Position numbers and translations under genes: made by a program. Shown piece by piece: positions 17,524 through 26,799 of a DNA stretch of 64,000 bases; position 1 is the stretch's first letter, and every line of letters begins with the position of its first letter. The notes beneath the pieces are model-generated. The model was given only the letters and a program-made list of their open reading frames with translations. It searched no databases and was not told the DNA's origin. Source of the DNA: a bacterium. Its GTDB lineage: Bacteria > Sysuimicrobiota > Sysuimicrobiia > Sysuimicrobiales > Segetimicrobiaceae. The stretch covers positions 5,908-69,907 of the forward strand of contig DATGJN010000061.1 of assembly GCA_035295165.1 (NCBI GenBank), read 5' to 3'.

Positions 17524-18008
17524 TCGCCGCTCTCCGCTGTCCACTTCATGCGGTGCATGTAGGTGCGGAAGCCGAGGCGCTCCCAGAACCGCACGGCCTC
17601 CGGGTTGCGAACCGCCACGGTCAGCTCCACGAGAGTGACGCGCCGCTCCCGAAACCACGCGAGCAGCGCCTCGACCACGCTCCGGCCGATCCCGTGGCCC
17701 CGCCGCTCCGGCAGCGTGAAGACGTCCTGGATCCACCCCCGGCGCTGCGCACGGAAGGGGAGCGGGAGCACGTGGATCCGGCCGAGCGCGAACGACACGA
17801 CATGCTCGCCTTCCACGCCGAGCATGATGCGGGCATCGCCGTACCCGATCGTGTCGCGCAAGAACGCTGCATACTCGCGCGCTGCGGTCCGCTCCACAGC
17901 CAACGCCGGGTCGAGCGCACCGTGATGCGCCGCGAGCGCCTCCCACAGCGGCAGGATCTGCGGGATGTCGCGGATCGTGGCAGCCCGAACCTGGACGTGG
18001 GCGATCAT
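17511..18008 (-). CDS. GNAT family N-acetyltransferase
   Basis: 165 aa. ...IQDVFTLPERRGHGIGRSVVEALLAWF...VELTVAVRNPEAVRFWERLGF. Its 3' end overlaps the MgtE-N/CBS gene start by 13 nt. Confidence 0.8.
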   Translation of the reverse strand: MIAHVQVRAATIRDIPQILPLWEALAAHHGALDPALAVERTAAREYAAFLRDTIGYGDARIMLGVEGEHVVSFALGRIHVLPLPFRAQRRGWIQDVFTLPERRGHGIGRSVVEALLAWFRERRVTLVELTVAVRNPEAVRFWERLGFRTYMHRMKWTAESGECAT

Positions 18009-18106
18009 CGCGCGCTCCGATCTTACATTCCGCTTGCCAGGTCGTGCTCCTCCCCGGGCCGGGCCAGCGGGGAGCCGTCGGACGCGCCGTCGAATAAAGA
18101 GCAAAG

Positions 18107-18943
18107 ATGCCGGATTTCTCCCCATACATCGTGCCCGCGCTCCGGGCCGCCGGCGCGGCCGGCGCGATCCAGCGATCGCTGATCGGTCGGACGCGTGTGG
18201 ACTACAAACGGCCCCAGGACCCCGTGACCGAGGCGGATCGCTCGTCCGAGGCAACGATCATCCGGATCCTCGGCGACGCCTTCCCCGGCCATGCGTTTCT
18301 GGGCGAGGAGGGCGGCCAGCGCGGCACCGCCGACCACACCTGGGTGATCGACCCGCTCGACGGCACCCACAACTACGTGCACGCGTTCCCGTGGTTTGCG
18401 GTCAGCATCGCGCTACGGCACCGCGACGAGATCGTCTGCGGCGTGATCTTGAACACGATGCTGCGCGAGGTCTACGTCGCGGAGCGGGGAGCCGGCGCGT
18501 ACGCCGCTTCCGTCGAGACGCCGTACGAAGCCACGGACTGGACGGCGGTCCGGTCGTGGCGCCGCATCCACGTCTCCCCGGTCACGCGGCTCGAGGACGC
18601 GACGCTGTGCACCGGGTTCCGGCATCCGGTCGAGCCGGCACGGCTCAACCTCGATCACTTCACGAACCTGCTCGTGCGGGCGGCCCGGATTCGCGAGATC
18701 GGCTCGGCGGCGCTCAGCCTGGCGGCGGTGGCCCTCGGACAGATGGAAGGCTACTGGGAGATCGGGCCGCACGCGTGGGACTTCGCGGCCGGGATGCTGC
18801 TCGTCGCCGAAGCCGGCGGGCGGACGACCGACCTCCGCGGACGGCCCGCCGGGGCCGACCGCGGGCAGATCCTCGCGACCAACGGGGCCGTTCACGATCA
18901 CGTCGTGGCCGTGCTGGCCGAGGGCCACAGCGCGATAGACTGA
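18107..18943 (+). CDS. suhB: Inositol monophosphatase family protein
   Basis: 278 aa. DPVTEADRSSE...FLGEEGG...WVIDPLDGTHNYVH...WDFAAGMLLVAEAGG. Confidence 0.85.
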   Translation: MPDFSPYIVPALRAAGAAGAIQRSLIGRTRVDYKRPQDPVTEADRSSEATIIRILGDAFPGHAFLGEEGGQRGTADHTWVIDPLDGTHNYVHAFPWFAVSIALRHRDEIVCGVILNTMLREVYVAERGAGAYAASVETPYEATDWTAVRSWRRIHVSPVTRLEDATLCTGFRHPVEPARLNLDHFTNLLVRAARIREIGSAALSLAAVALGQMEGYWEIGPHAWDFAAGMLLVAEAGGRTTDLRGRPAGADRGQILATNGAVHDHVVAVLAEGHSAID

Positions 18944-18955
18944 GGCGCTCCGCGC

Positions 18956-20053
18956 TCAGGCCGCCGCGGCGTGGACGTCCCGCGGCAACTCGCTCAGCAC
19001 GTGCGCGCCGTCCTTCGCCACGTAGACGATCTCCTCGAGGCGCGCACCGAGCTCCCCCGGGATGTAGATCCCGGGCTCCACCGAGAACACGAACCCCTCC
19101 TCTACGGGAAGCGTGTTGAGGTGCGTCACGCTGGGGAGTTCGTGAACGGAGATGCCGAGGCCATGGCCGAGGCGATGGATGAAGTACTCGCCGAACCCCG
19201 CACGCTCGATCACCCCTCGCGCCGCGAGGTCCACGTCCTTGAGCGGCACGCCCGGGCGGATCGCCGCCAGCGCGGCCTGCATCGCGGCCTCGAGCGTCCG
19301 GTGGATCTCCTCGTGCCGCGCGCTGGGCGCGCCAACGTAGGCCATGCGGGTGATGTCTGATGCGTAGCCGTCGAGCCGCCCGCCGAGATCGAGCGTGACC
19401 GCGTCGCCCGCCGCCAGTTTGCGGCCGCTGACGTTGTGGTGCGGAAACGCGCCGTTCGGTCCGGATGCCACGCCGGTGAACACCACTTCCTGCGATCCCG
19501 ACCTCTTGAACGACGCGGCCGCGGCGTCTGCGATCTCCTGTTCGGTCGCGCCCACGCGGCATGCCGCCCACGCGTCGCGTACCGCCTGATCCGCGTGCCG
19601 GGCGCTGCGCCGGAGCGCTTCGATCTCCTCCGCCGACTTGCGCATCCGGAGGTACGCCAGAACCTCTGACCCGAGGGCAAGCGTCGCGTCAGGGTACGCC
19701 GCGTGAAGGGTCAGCACGAGATCGGCCCGCATGGTGTCGTCGACCGCGAGGCGCGCGGGGGTCCGACTCCCGAGCGCCTTCCGGGCGCCATCGAGCGCGG
19801 CAGACGGTCCGTCGGCATCGGTGTAGACGAACGTGGGCACGGCGATGTGCGCGGCCGCCTGGGCGGCGTTCAGGCTGGGCACCACGAACGCGGCGCCGCG
19901 CGGGTCCACCAAGAGATAGCACGGACGCTCGTCTGCGTGCGGCGAGAACCCGCACAAGTACCGCAGATCATCGCCGGGAGAAACGGCCAGCAGGTCGATC
20001 CGCTGAGCAGCCATGCGCCGCCGCGTTTGGTCGATTCGCGCCGCGTAGTCCAT
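18956..20053 (-). CDS. M24 family Xaa-Pro aminopeptidase/dipeptidase
   Basis: 365 aa. ...DLGGRLDGYASDITR...HRLGHGLGISVHE...FSVEPGIY...ARLEEIV. Confidence 0.85.
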   Translation of the reverse strand: MDYAARIDQTRRRMAAQRIDLLAVSPGDDLRYLCGFSPHADERPCYLLVDPRGAAFVVPSLNAAQAAAHIAVPTFVYTDADGPSAALDGARKALGSRTPARLAVDDTMRADLVLTLHAAYPDATLALGSEVLAYLRMRKSAEEIEALRRSARHADQAVRDAWAACRVGATEQEIADAAAASFKRSGSQEVVFTGVASGPNGAFPHHNVSGRKLAAGDAVTLDLGGRLDGYASDITRMAYVGAPSARHEEIHRTLEAAMQAALAAIRPGVPLKDVDLAARGVIERAGFGEYFIHRLGHGLGISVHELPSVTHLNTLPVEEGFVFSVEPGIYIPGELGARLEEIVYVAKDGAHVLSELPRDVHAAAA

Positions 20054-20203
20054 CGCACCCTCCCCGATTGTCGCCGACGGCCCCGCGGACCGGCGGACCG
20101 GACCCGGAAATCGCGCGTCTTCCCCGCGGTGCGTACACTCCCACGGCGTCTGCGGGGACTCCCGCCGTCAAATTGACACGCCTACGGGTCTCGGCTAGAG
20201 TGG

Positions 20204-21061
20204 GTGGGTGATGCCCGGATGAGCCCGACCCGCGCCTCCCGCCCGCCGCGCCGCCTTCCCAGAAAGGCGGCCGGCCGCGCCGGGGCGGACGCCGGGCGGC
20301 GGCCCGCCGGCAGGCTCCCCGCGGAACCCGCGGCGGCCCGGGCGACGCGCGCGATCGAGATCGTGCGCCGGCTCAGTGCGCGGTACCCGGACGTGCGCAT
20401 CCCGCTGCACCATCGCAACCCGCTCGAACTGCTCGTTGCGACGATCCTGTCGGCCCAATCGACCGACGCCCAAGTGAACCTCGTCACCCCCGCGCTCTTC
20501 CGGCGGTACCGGCGCGCCGCCGACTTCGCGCGCGCACCCGCCCCGGAATTGGAGACGTACATCCACAGCACGGGGTTCTATCATGCGAAGGCCCGCGCGC
20601 TCCAACGCTGCGCTCGCGCGCTCCTGGAGCGGCACGACGGGGAGGTGCCGCGTACGATGGAAGAGCTCGTGCGCCTGCCCGGCGTGGGGCGGAAGACCGC
20701 AAACGTCGTGCTCAGCGGATTCGGCGTGCCGGGGATCGTGGTGGATACGCACGTTCGCCGCCTGGCGCAGCGGATGGCGCTCACCGCGCACGACGACCCG
20801 GACAAGATCGAGCAGGATCTGATGCAGCTCATCCCGAGCGAGGAGTGGAGCGCGTTCTCGCTCCGGATGATCTTCCTCGGCCGGGAGCTCTGCTCCGCGC
20901 GGCGCCCGCAGTGTCCCGTGTGTCCGCTCGCGGACGTTTGTCCGTCGAGCCGGTACGGAGGCGCCCCGCCGTGGATGCGCCCGCGCGCGCCGCGGCCTGC
21001 ACGCGCCGGTACACGGCCGGACCGGGGCGCCGGGGCCGTCAGGAAAGGACGCGCGCGATGA
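20204..21061 (+). CDS. nth: Endonuclease III with an Arg/Ala/Pro-rich N-terminal extension
   Basis: LELLVATILSAQSTDAQVN...LPGVGRKTANVVL...VDTHVRR...CSARRPQCPVCPLADVC (FeS cluster loop). Start is uncertain (20204 or ATG 20219). Confidence 0.9.
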   Translation: MGDARMSPTRASRPPRRLPRKAAGRAGADAGRRPAGRLPAEPAAARATRAIEIVRRLSARYPDVRIPLHHRNPLELLVATILSAQSTDAQVNLVTPALFRRYRRAADFARAPAPELETYIHSTGFYHAKARALQRCARALLERHDGEVPRTMEELVRLPGVGRKTANVVLSGFGVPGIVVDTHVRRLAQRMALTAHDDPDKIEQDLMQLIPSEEWSAFSLRMIFLGRELCSARRPQCPVCPLADVCPSSRYGGAPPWMRPRAPRPARAGTRPDRGAGAVRKGRAR

Positions 21062-21828
21062 GCGGCCTCCTCGACGGAAAGACGGCTCTCGTGATGGGCG
21101 TCGCCAACCGCTGGAGCATCGCGTGGGCGGCGGCCCGCGCGTTCTCCCGGGAGGGCGCCCGCGTCGTCTTCACCTTCCAGGCCGCCCGACAGGAGAAGGA
21201 CGTCCGCGAGTTGGCCGGCACGCTCCCCGGGTCGCTCGTGTTCCCGTGTGACGTCGCGCGGGACGCGGACCTCGAGCGGCTGGCCGGCGCGGTCCAGGAG
21301 GAGGCCGGCGGCGTGGACGCCGTGCTGCACAGCATTGCGTTCGCGAACCGCGAGGATCTCGGTGGCGCCTTCGTCGAGACGTCTCGGGCAGGCTTTTCCC
21401 TCGCGCTCGAGATCAGCGCGTTTTCGCTGGTCGCCGTCGCGCGCCATCTGCTCCCGGCGCTCAAGCCCGGCGCGAGCCTGACGACGCTCACCTACATTGG
21501 CGCGACCCGCGTGATGCCGAGCTACAACGTCATGGGCGTAGCGAAGGCGGCGCTCGAGGCGAGCGTCCGCTACCTGGCGAGCGACCTCGGGCCGCGCGGC
21601 ATCCGGGTCAACGCGATCTCCGCGGGCCCGATCAAGACCGCGTCGGCGAGAGCGATCCAGGGCTTCAGCCGGGTGCTCGAGGTGATGGAGCAGCGCGCCC
21701 CGTTGCGGCGGAACACCGAACCGGACGAGGTGGCGGATGCCGCGGTGTTCCTCGCCAGCCCGCTCGCCCGAGGCGTCACCGGCGAGGTCCTGTTCGTCGA
21801 CTGCGGCTTCCACGCGACCGGCCTGTAA
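21058..21828 (+). CDS. fabI: Enoyl-[acyl-carrier-protein] reductase (NADH)
   Basis: MSGLLDGKTALVMGVANRWSIAW...SYNVMGVAKAALEASVRYLA.DLG..GIRVNAISAGPIKT. ATGA overlap with nth. Confidence 0.9.
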   Translation: MSGLLDGKTALVMGVANRWSIAWAAARAFSREGARVVFTFQAARQEKDVRELAGTLPGSLVFPCDVARDADLERLAGAVQEEAGGVDAVLHSIAFANREDLGGAFVETSRAGFSLALEISAFSLVAVARHLLPALKPGASLTTLTYIGATRVMPSYNVMGVAKAALEASVRYLASDLGPRGIRVNAISAGPIKTASARAIQGFSRVLEVMEQRAPLRRNTEPDEVADAAVFLASPLARGVTGEVLFVDCGFHATGL

Positions 21829-21959
21829 CACCGGCCGGGCGCCGCGCCGGGCTCCCGCGAAGACTCCGCCGTGCTCGTGGAGCCGCCGCATTGATCCGCG
21901 GCCGCATGACGGCGAGATCGGCGCCGGGAAGCTGGCGATCGTGTAGACGGAGCTCGCCC

Positions 21960-23090
21960 CTACGTCGAAGACGGCGCTTCGAGCGCGAGGACGGCTTCGC
22001 GCGGAAAGCTCACGGTGAGTGTTTGCCCCCGCTGCGGCAGGGCGAGCCTGGGGTTGTTGAACGTGTCCAGCGAGATCGCGTTGTCCTTGAAGCGCACACG
22101 AATCCGCACGACGGAGCCGAGGAAGTTGACCTCTTCGACCGTCCCGTGCATCCGGTTCCCGTCGCTCGCCGCCTCGCCGAACGAGACGACTTCGGGGCGA
22201 AGCGCCACCGAGCACGCGTCGCCCGCGTGCGTGCGCTCCAGCCCTCGCGCCGCGATAACCTCCTGTCCGTCGACCACGATCTTGCCGCCCGCCGGGTCGG
22301 CGACCTGGCCTCGGAGCACGTTCAGGGTGCCGACAAACGACGCCACGAACGACGTCCGCGGGAAGTTGTAGATCTCGAACGGTGTGCCGACCTGCTCGAC
22401 GCGTCCGTTGTTCATCACCACAATGCGGTCCGAGAGGGAGAGCGCCTCTTCCTGGTCATGCGTGACATAGATCGTGGTGATCCCCAGCGTCCGCTGGATC
22501 GAGCGGATCTCGTTTCGCAGCACCACGCGAATCTTCGCGTCGAGCGCTGAGAGCGGCTCGTCGAGGAGGAGCAGCTGCGGCTGGATCGCCAGCGCGCGAG
22601 CCAGGGCCACCCGTTGCTGCTGTCCGCCGGAGAGCTGGTAGGGGTAGCGGCCCTTCAGCGCCGGCAGCTTGATGAGGTCGAGCATCTCGTCGACGCGCCG
22701 TTTGATGTCGGCGACGGGTTTTTTCGCCACCCGCAACCCGAACCCAATATTCTCGCCAACCGTCATGTTCGGGAACAGCGCGTAGGACTGGAACACCATC
22801 CCGACGTGGCGCTGGTGCGGCGGTCTGTGCGTGATATCCACCCCGTCAACGCGGATCGCACCCGACGAGGGCGCCTCGAACCCGGCAATCATGCGCAACG
22901 TCGTGGTTTTCCCGCACCCGCTGGGGCCGAGCAGCGAGACGAACTCTCCGCGAGTCACCTTCAACTGAACGTGCTCGACGGCCGTCGTCTGCGCGAATTT
23001 CTTTTGGAGATTGTCGATCTCGAGGAAGGGTGTCCCCGGCTCCGCGCCGCCGATCTCCGCCGGCTGCCGCCCGCCCGCGTCGTCTGGCAT
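21960..23090 (-). CDS. ABC transporter ATP-binding protein (PotA/FbpC-like, with C-terminal TOBE-type domain)
   Basis: ...LLGPSGCGKTTTLRMIAGFE...LSGGQQQRVALARAL...LLLDEPLSALD. ATG at 23090 overlaps the upstream stop (TAATG). Confidence 0.9.
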   Translation of the reverse strand: MPDDAGGRQPAEIGGAEPGTPFLEIDNLQKKFAQTTAVEHVQLKVTRGEFVSLLGPSGCGKTTTLRMIAGFEAPSSGAIRVDGVDITHRPPHQRHVGMVFQSYALFPNMTVGENIGFGLRVAKKPVADIKRRVDEMLDLIKLPALKGRYPYQLSGGQQQRVALARALAIQPQLLLLDEPLSALDAKIRVVLRNEIRSIQRTLGITTIYVTHDQEEALSLSDRIVVMNNGRVEQVGTPFEIYNFPRTSFVASFVGTLNVLRGQVADPAGGKIVVDGQEVIAARGLERTHAGDACSVALRPEVVSFGEAASDGNRMHGTVEEVNFLGSVVRIRVRFKDNAISLDTFNNPRLALPQRGQTLTVSFPREAVLALEAPSST

Positions 23091-23881
23091 TAGTGCGCCG
23101 CCGGCAACTGCCCGGGGGTGCGTCCCGCGAACACTTGAAGGAGACCCATGCACGCCCACGTGATCGCAAAACTGATGACGGCCAGCGCCGACGGCTCGTA
23201 GGCGCGATTCGCGCCCATGAGCTGCAAATAGGGACCGAACGCCGGTCGATCCAGAAGGCTCGCCATCGTAAACTCGCCGATCACGATGGCGAAGGTCAGA
23301 AACGCGCCGCTCAGCACCGCGACCCGCACGTTGGGGAGAATGACACGGAACAGGATCGTGGGCCACCCGGCCCCCAAGCTGTGTGCCGCCTCCGTGAGGG
23401 TGCGCACATCAATGGCGCGCAGTCCGGTATCGACCGCGCGGTACATGTACGGCAGGGCCAGCGTCATGTAGCTAAACATCAGCAACAGGTCCGTGGTGCG
23501 CTCGCTGCCCGTCAACGGCAGGACCGACGCACTGTTGTAGATCCGGAGGTAGCCGAACACGAGCACGATCGCAGGAATGACCAGCGGCAGGAGCGTGATA
23601 AACTCCACGAGGGGCCGCAGTTTGGGCGTGCGCAGCTGGATCCAGTAGGCGGTCGGCACCACGAGGACGACCCCCCCGATGATGGTAGCAACCGCCAGCA
23701 CGGTCGAATAGGTCAGCGTCGCGCCGAACCGCGGGTCCGCCAGCACGATGCGGTAGGCTTCGAAGCTGTATACGCCGCGGAGGTAGCGAAGCGAAAACTC
23801 GAACGTTCCCAGGAGCGGGACGAAGAAATAGAGCGCGCCGGCGAGCATGATCAACCACGGCCCGAGGCGATTGCGTTTCAT
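23090..23881 (-). CDS. ABC transporter permease
   Basis: 263 aa starting MKRNRLGPWLIMLAGALYFF. Multi-TM. ...EAAHSLGAGWPTILFRVILP (EAA motif). ATGA overlap with the upstream permease. Confidence 0.85.
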   Translation of the reverse strand: MKRNRLGPWLIMLAGALYFFVPLLGTFEFSLRYLRGVYSFEAYRIVLADPRFGATLTYSTVLAVATIIGGVVLVVPTAYWIQLRTPKLRPLVEFITLLPLVIPAIVLVFGYLRIYNSASVLPLTGSERTTDLLLMFSYMTLALPYMYRAVDTGLRAIDVRTLTEAAHSLGAGWPTILFRVILPNVRVAVLSGAFLTFAIVIGEFTMASLLDRPAFGPYLQLMGANRAYEPSALAVISFAITWACMGLLQVFAGRTPGQLPAAH

Positions 23882-24780
23882 CGCAGCCACCGCTCGCTGC
23901 GCCCGCGCAGCCAGATATACACCGCGTTCGACATGCCCGTCATGAAAATCATGCCCAACGCGAGCGCGTAGCCAAGGTTCTGGTTGTGCAGCACATCGCC
24001 GCGAATCTGTGCGTACAACACGAGCGTGACGATGTTCAGCGAGCTGCCGGTCAGGGCGTATGCCGTGGCCACCGCGCCAAATGCATTCGCGAAGAGGAGC
24101 AGTGTCGCTCCGAGCAACGGCGGCCACAACACCGGGAGCGCGATGTAGCGCCAATACTGCCACGCGCTCGCGCCGAGATTGGCCGAGGCCTCGCGCCATT
24201 CCCGCTTCAGCCCGTCGATCGCCGGGGCGATGATCAGGACCATGAGCGGAATCTGAAAATACATGTAGGTCAGCGCCAGGCCCGCGAAACTCAGCAGGTT
24301 GAACCCCGTACTGTAGAGATCGAACCCGAAAATCTGGCTCAGCAGTGCCGTGACCAGGCCGGTGCGTCCCAGCGTGGCGAGGAAGGCAAAGGCGAGCGGG
24401 ACCCCGGCGAAGTTCGAGGCGACGCCCGAGAACGTCATGAGCGTCGGCCGCACCCACGCGGGCAGGCCACCCGCGACGGCCGCATAGGCGAGGGCGAAGC
24501 CGACAACCGCCCCGCCGATCGCCGAGGCCGCGCTGATCTTGACGCTGATCAGATAGGAGCTCAGGATGGTCGGTTCAAACAAATCCACGAGGTTCCGGAG
24601 GGTGAAATGGCCCTGGCTGTCTCGAAAGCCGCCGACCGCCAAGAACCCGGTGGGCACGATCAGGAACATGATCGCAAAGACGAAGAAGGGAACAACACCC
24701 ACCCACGCCCACGACACCCGGCCGATCGATGACGGCGCGGTGAGCGAAGGGCCGAGGGCCGGGCCGACTACCTGCGCCAC
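23878..24780 (-). CDS. ABC transporter permease
   Basis: 300 aa, multi-TM. ...EASANLGASAWQYWRYIALPVLWP (EAA motif). Confidence 0.85.
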   Translation of the reverse strand: MAQVVGPALGPSLTAPSSIGRVSWAWVGVVPFFVFAIMFLIVPTGFLAVGGFRDSQGHFTLRNLVDLFEPTILSSYLISVKISAASAIGGAVVGFALAYAAVAGGLPAWVRPTLMTFSGVASNFAGVPLAFAFLATLGRTGLVTALLSQIFGFDLYSTGFNLLSFAGLALTYMYFQIPLMVLIIAPAIDGLKREWREASANLGASAWQYWRYIALPVLWPPLLGATLLLFANAFGAVATAYALTGSSLNIVTLVLYAQIRGDVLHNQNLGYALALGMIFMTGMSNAVYIWLRGRSERWLR

Positions 24781-24799
24781 AAGCGAGTCCTCCGCGCGC

Positions 24800-24833
24800 C
24801 GCCCCTTCCCCCGGCGCGCCGGGGGAAGGGGCG
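24800..24833. repeat. Perfect 34-nt palindrome (17-nt arms) between the SBP and first permease genes
   Basis: CGCCCCTTCCCCCGGCG|CGCCGGGGGAAGGGGCG. Lies between the SBP stop (24898) and the permease start (24780). Confidence 0.8.
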
Positions 24834-24897
24834 CGGGCAGGATCTTGCGTTCACGTCCAACCTGTCCGGACCCAGACGCGCGAGCAGGATCTGGACG

Positions 24898-26004
24898 CTA
24901 CTTGACGTTCGCGCCGACGACGGTGTCCCACTGCTTCGTGATGATTTGATTCGCTGCGCCCTGCTGCGCGAGCGTCGGGAAGACCGCCTTGGCGTAGCCT
25001 GCCGCAGGGGGGAGTTTTGCCATCAGATCAGCCGACACCTTGCCGCTGCTCACCAGGTTCTGGAAGCGAATCGGGTGGCAGTAGCCCTTCAGCCAGCCCA
25101 GCTGGCCTGCGTCCGAATACAGGTATTCCATCCACAGCTTCGCTGCGTTCGGATGCGGCGCGTATGCGCTGATCGCCTGGACGTACACGCCGGCCACGAC
25201 GCCGCTTGCGGGCACAATGACCTGGACCTTCGGGTTGCCTTTCAGCGTGTCGCGGTCGGCGAGCGCGTTGTAGTCCCAACGGATGATGACCGGCGTGGCG
25301 CCCTGGGCGAGAGAGGCGGCTTTGCCGATGACCGGGACGAAGTTACCGCGCTTGTTCAAATCGGCAAAGAACTTCAACCCGGCACCCGCGGCCGCACTCA
25401 CGCTGCCCTTCGCCGCCGAGAGGCCCGCCGCAAACACCCCTTGAATCGCCTGGTTCGAGGAGCGCGGGTCACCGGCCAGCGCGACCGCATTCTTGTACTG
25501 GGGCTTGAGCAGGTCTGACCAGTCGTGCGGGAGTGCCTTCACCATGTCGGCGTTGACCTCGAACGCCAGCACGCCGTAGTAGTCGCCGTACCAATAACCT
25601 GCTGCGTCCTTCTGCGAGTTCGGGATCGAGGCCCACGTAGAAACCTTGTAGGGCTGGAGCAGCCCGGCCGCCTTCGCCGACGGGCCGAACGACAAGCCCA
25701 CGTCGATCACGTCCGGCGCCTGCGGGCCCTTGTTGCCCTTGTTGGCTTTGATGGCCTCGATTTCGTCGCCCGAGCCGGCGTCGGGGTTGAGCTCATTCAC
25801 CGTCAGCCCGTACTTCTGTTTGAAGGCGCTGATGACGTCGCCGTACCCGCACCAGTCATGCGGCAGCGCGATCACCGTGAGTTGACCTTCCTGCTTGGCG
25901 GCCGCAACGAGCTGGCTCATGCCTGTCTGTCCGGCCGCGACTGAAACAAGCGCCATGACAACCAGCGTCGTTAGCGAGAACATCCATGTCCACTTGAGCT
26001 TCAT
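24898..26004 (-). CDS. ABC transporter substrate-binding protein (family 1, PotD/AfuA-like), Sec signal
   Basis: MKLKWTWMFSLTTLVVMALVSVAAGQ... ATG at 26004 is preceded by GAGGGGGG. The upstream part of the 466-aa ORF was discarded. Confidence 0.85.
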   Translation of the reverse strand: MKLKWTWMFSLTTLVVMALVSVAAGQTGMSQLVAAAKQEGQLTVIALPHDWCGYGDVISAFKQKYGLTVNELNPDAGSGDEIEAIKANKGNKGPQAPDVIDVGLSFGPSAKAAGLLQPYKVSTWASIPNSQKDAAGYWYGDYYGVLAFEVNADMVKALPHDWSDLLKPQYKNAVALAGDPRSSNQAIQGVFAAGLSAAKGSVSAAAGAGLKFFADLNKRGNFVPVIGKAASLAQGATPVIIRWDYNALADRDTLKGNPKVQVIVPASGVVAGVYVQAISAYAPHPNAAKLWMEYLYSDAGQLGWLKGYCHPIRFQNLVSSGKVSADLMAKLPPAAGYAKAVFPTLAQQGAANQIITKQWDTVVGANVK

Positions 26005-26799
26005 GCTGCCCCCCCTCGTTGAAGGTCGGCCCGAAGTGTGGCTCCGACCTTTCGTCTTGCTTTTCCCTTTCCCCTCTTGTTCACCTGCCGTGGTGAGAGC
26101 AAGAGCTCTTCGCAGTTTGGTTAGGAGTGTCCACGCTGCTCTTGCCAGCGCCTTCTGCCGATCGCCTCCGGGGGCGTGAGTCCCGTCCGAGGAGGCCCTG
26201 ATTCTGGGTGGGAAGACGAACCCGGTGGCGTACGCCGGCGTCGGGAGGCAGGGTGCCTGGTCCGCGTCGACGATCTCGGAAACATTTACGGGCGGCACGA
26301 GGGAAGCGCGTCCGACATGTGGGACCGTTCAGGTCTAAGCGGCCGCGCCCCGAGAAGCGGGCGGCGGTTCGGCGGCGCCGTCAAGGTACCCTGCGAAGCG
26401 GCTGTCGTGAGCATGAACAATCAGAAGGAACGATGGCTGACGCCGCAACGAGACGTTTCATCGGTGGTTCCGCGAAGCCTATCCCCGCTCCCATCAAACA
26501 CTACCATCCCCTCTCGCGTCGCGGCACCGTGAGGCGCAGCCGCCCGCGCGGCTGCATCGCCCGTGTCGTCCCCGCTCCACGATGGCCCATGCGTGATCGT
26601 TCCAGGCGTGACCATCGTTGGAGGGTGAGGTGCCCCGGGTGTCCCGCGCGGAACGCCGAGGCAGAATGCCCCTGCACGCTCGTCGCGCATCATCCGTCGA
26701 TCCTCACCCTAACCTACCGGACCATTGTTAAATTCCGTCGCGTACACGGCAAAGAAACCGAGAAGAGACCCGCAAGAGACGGTCGAGGCCGTGTCAATG

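Noticed and set aside
26005-26400. TPP, cobalamin, SAM or guanidine-I riboswitch in the ABC operon leader
   Set aside because: Reading the minus strand, I could not find the diagnostic cores: CTGAGA...ACCTGATCTGGATAATGCCAGCG for TPP, the B12 box GCCACTG with GGTGAAAATCC, or CTAGGGTTCCG...GGTCCGAGAG...GGGA-AAAA-CCCGGG in the right order. Only partial look-alikes occur.
26421-26693. 90-aa minus-strand ORF with a decent SD (GAGGA-N7-ATG)
   Set aside because: GC3 is only about 66% by my codon count, against the much stronger third-position G/C bias I see by eye in neighbouring genes. The Gly/Ala/Pro/Thr-rich sequence has no motif, and its start lies inside the 9-bp stem structure. More likely non-coding, but not excluded.
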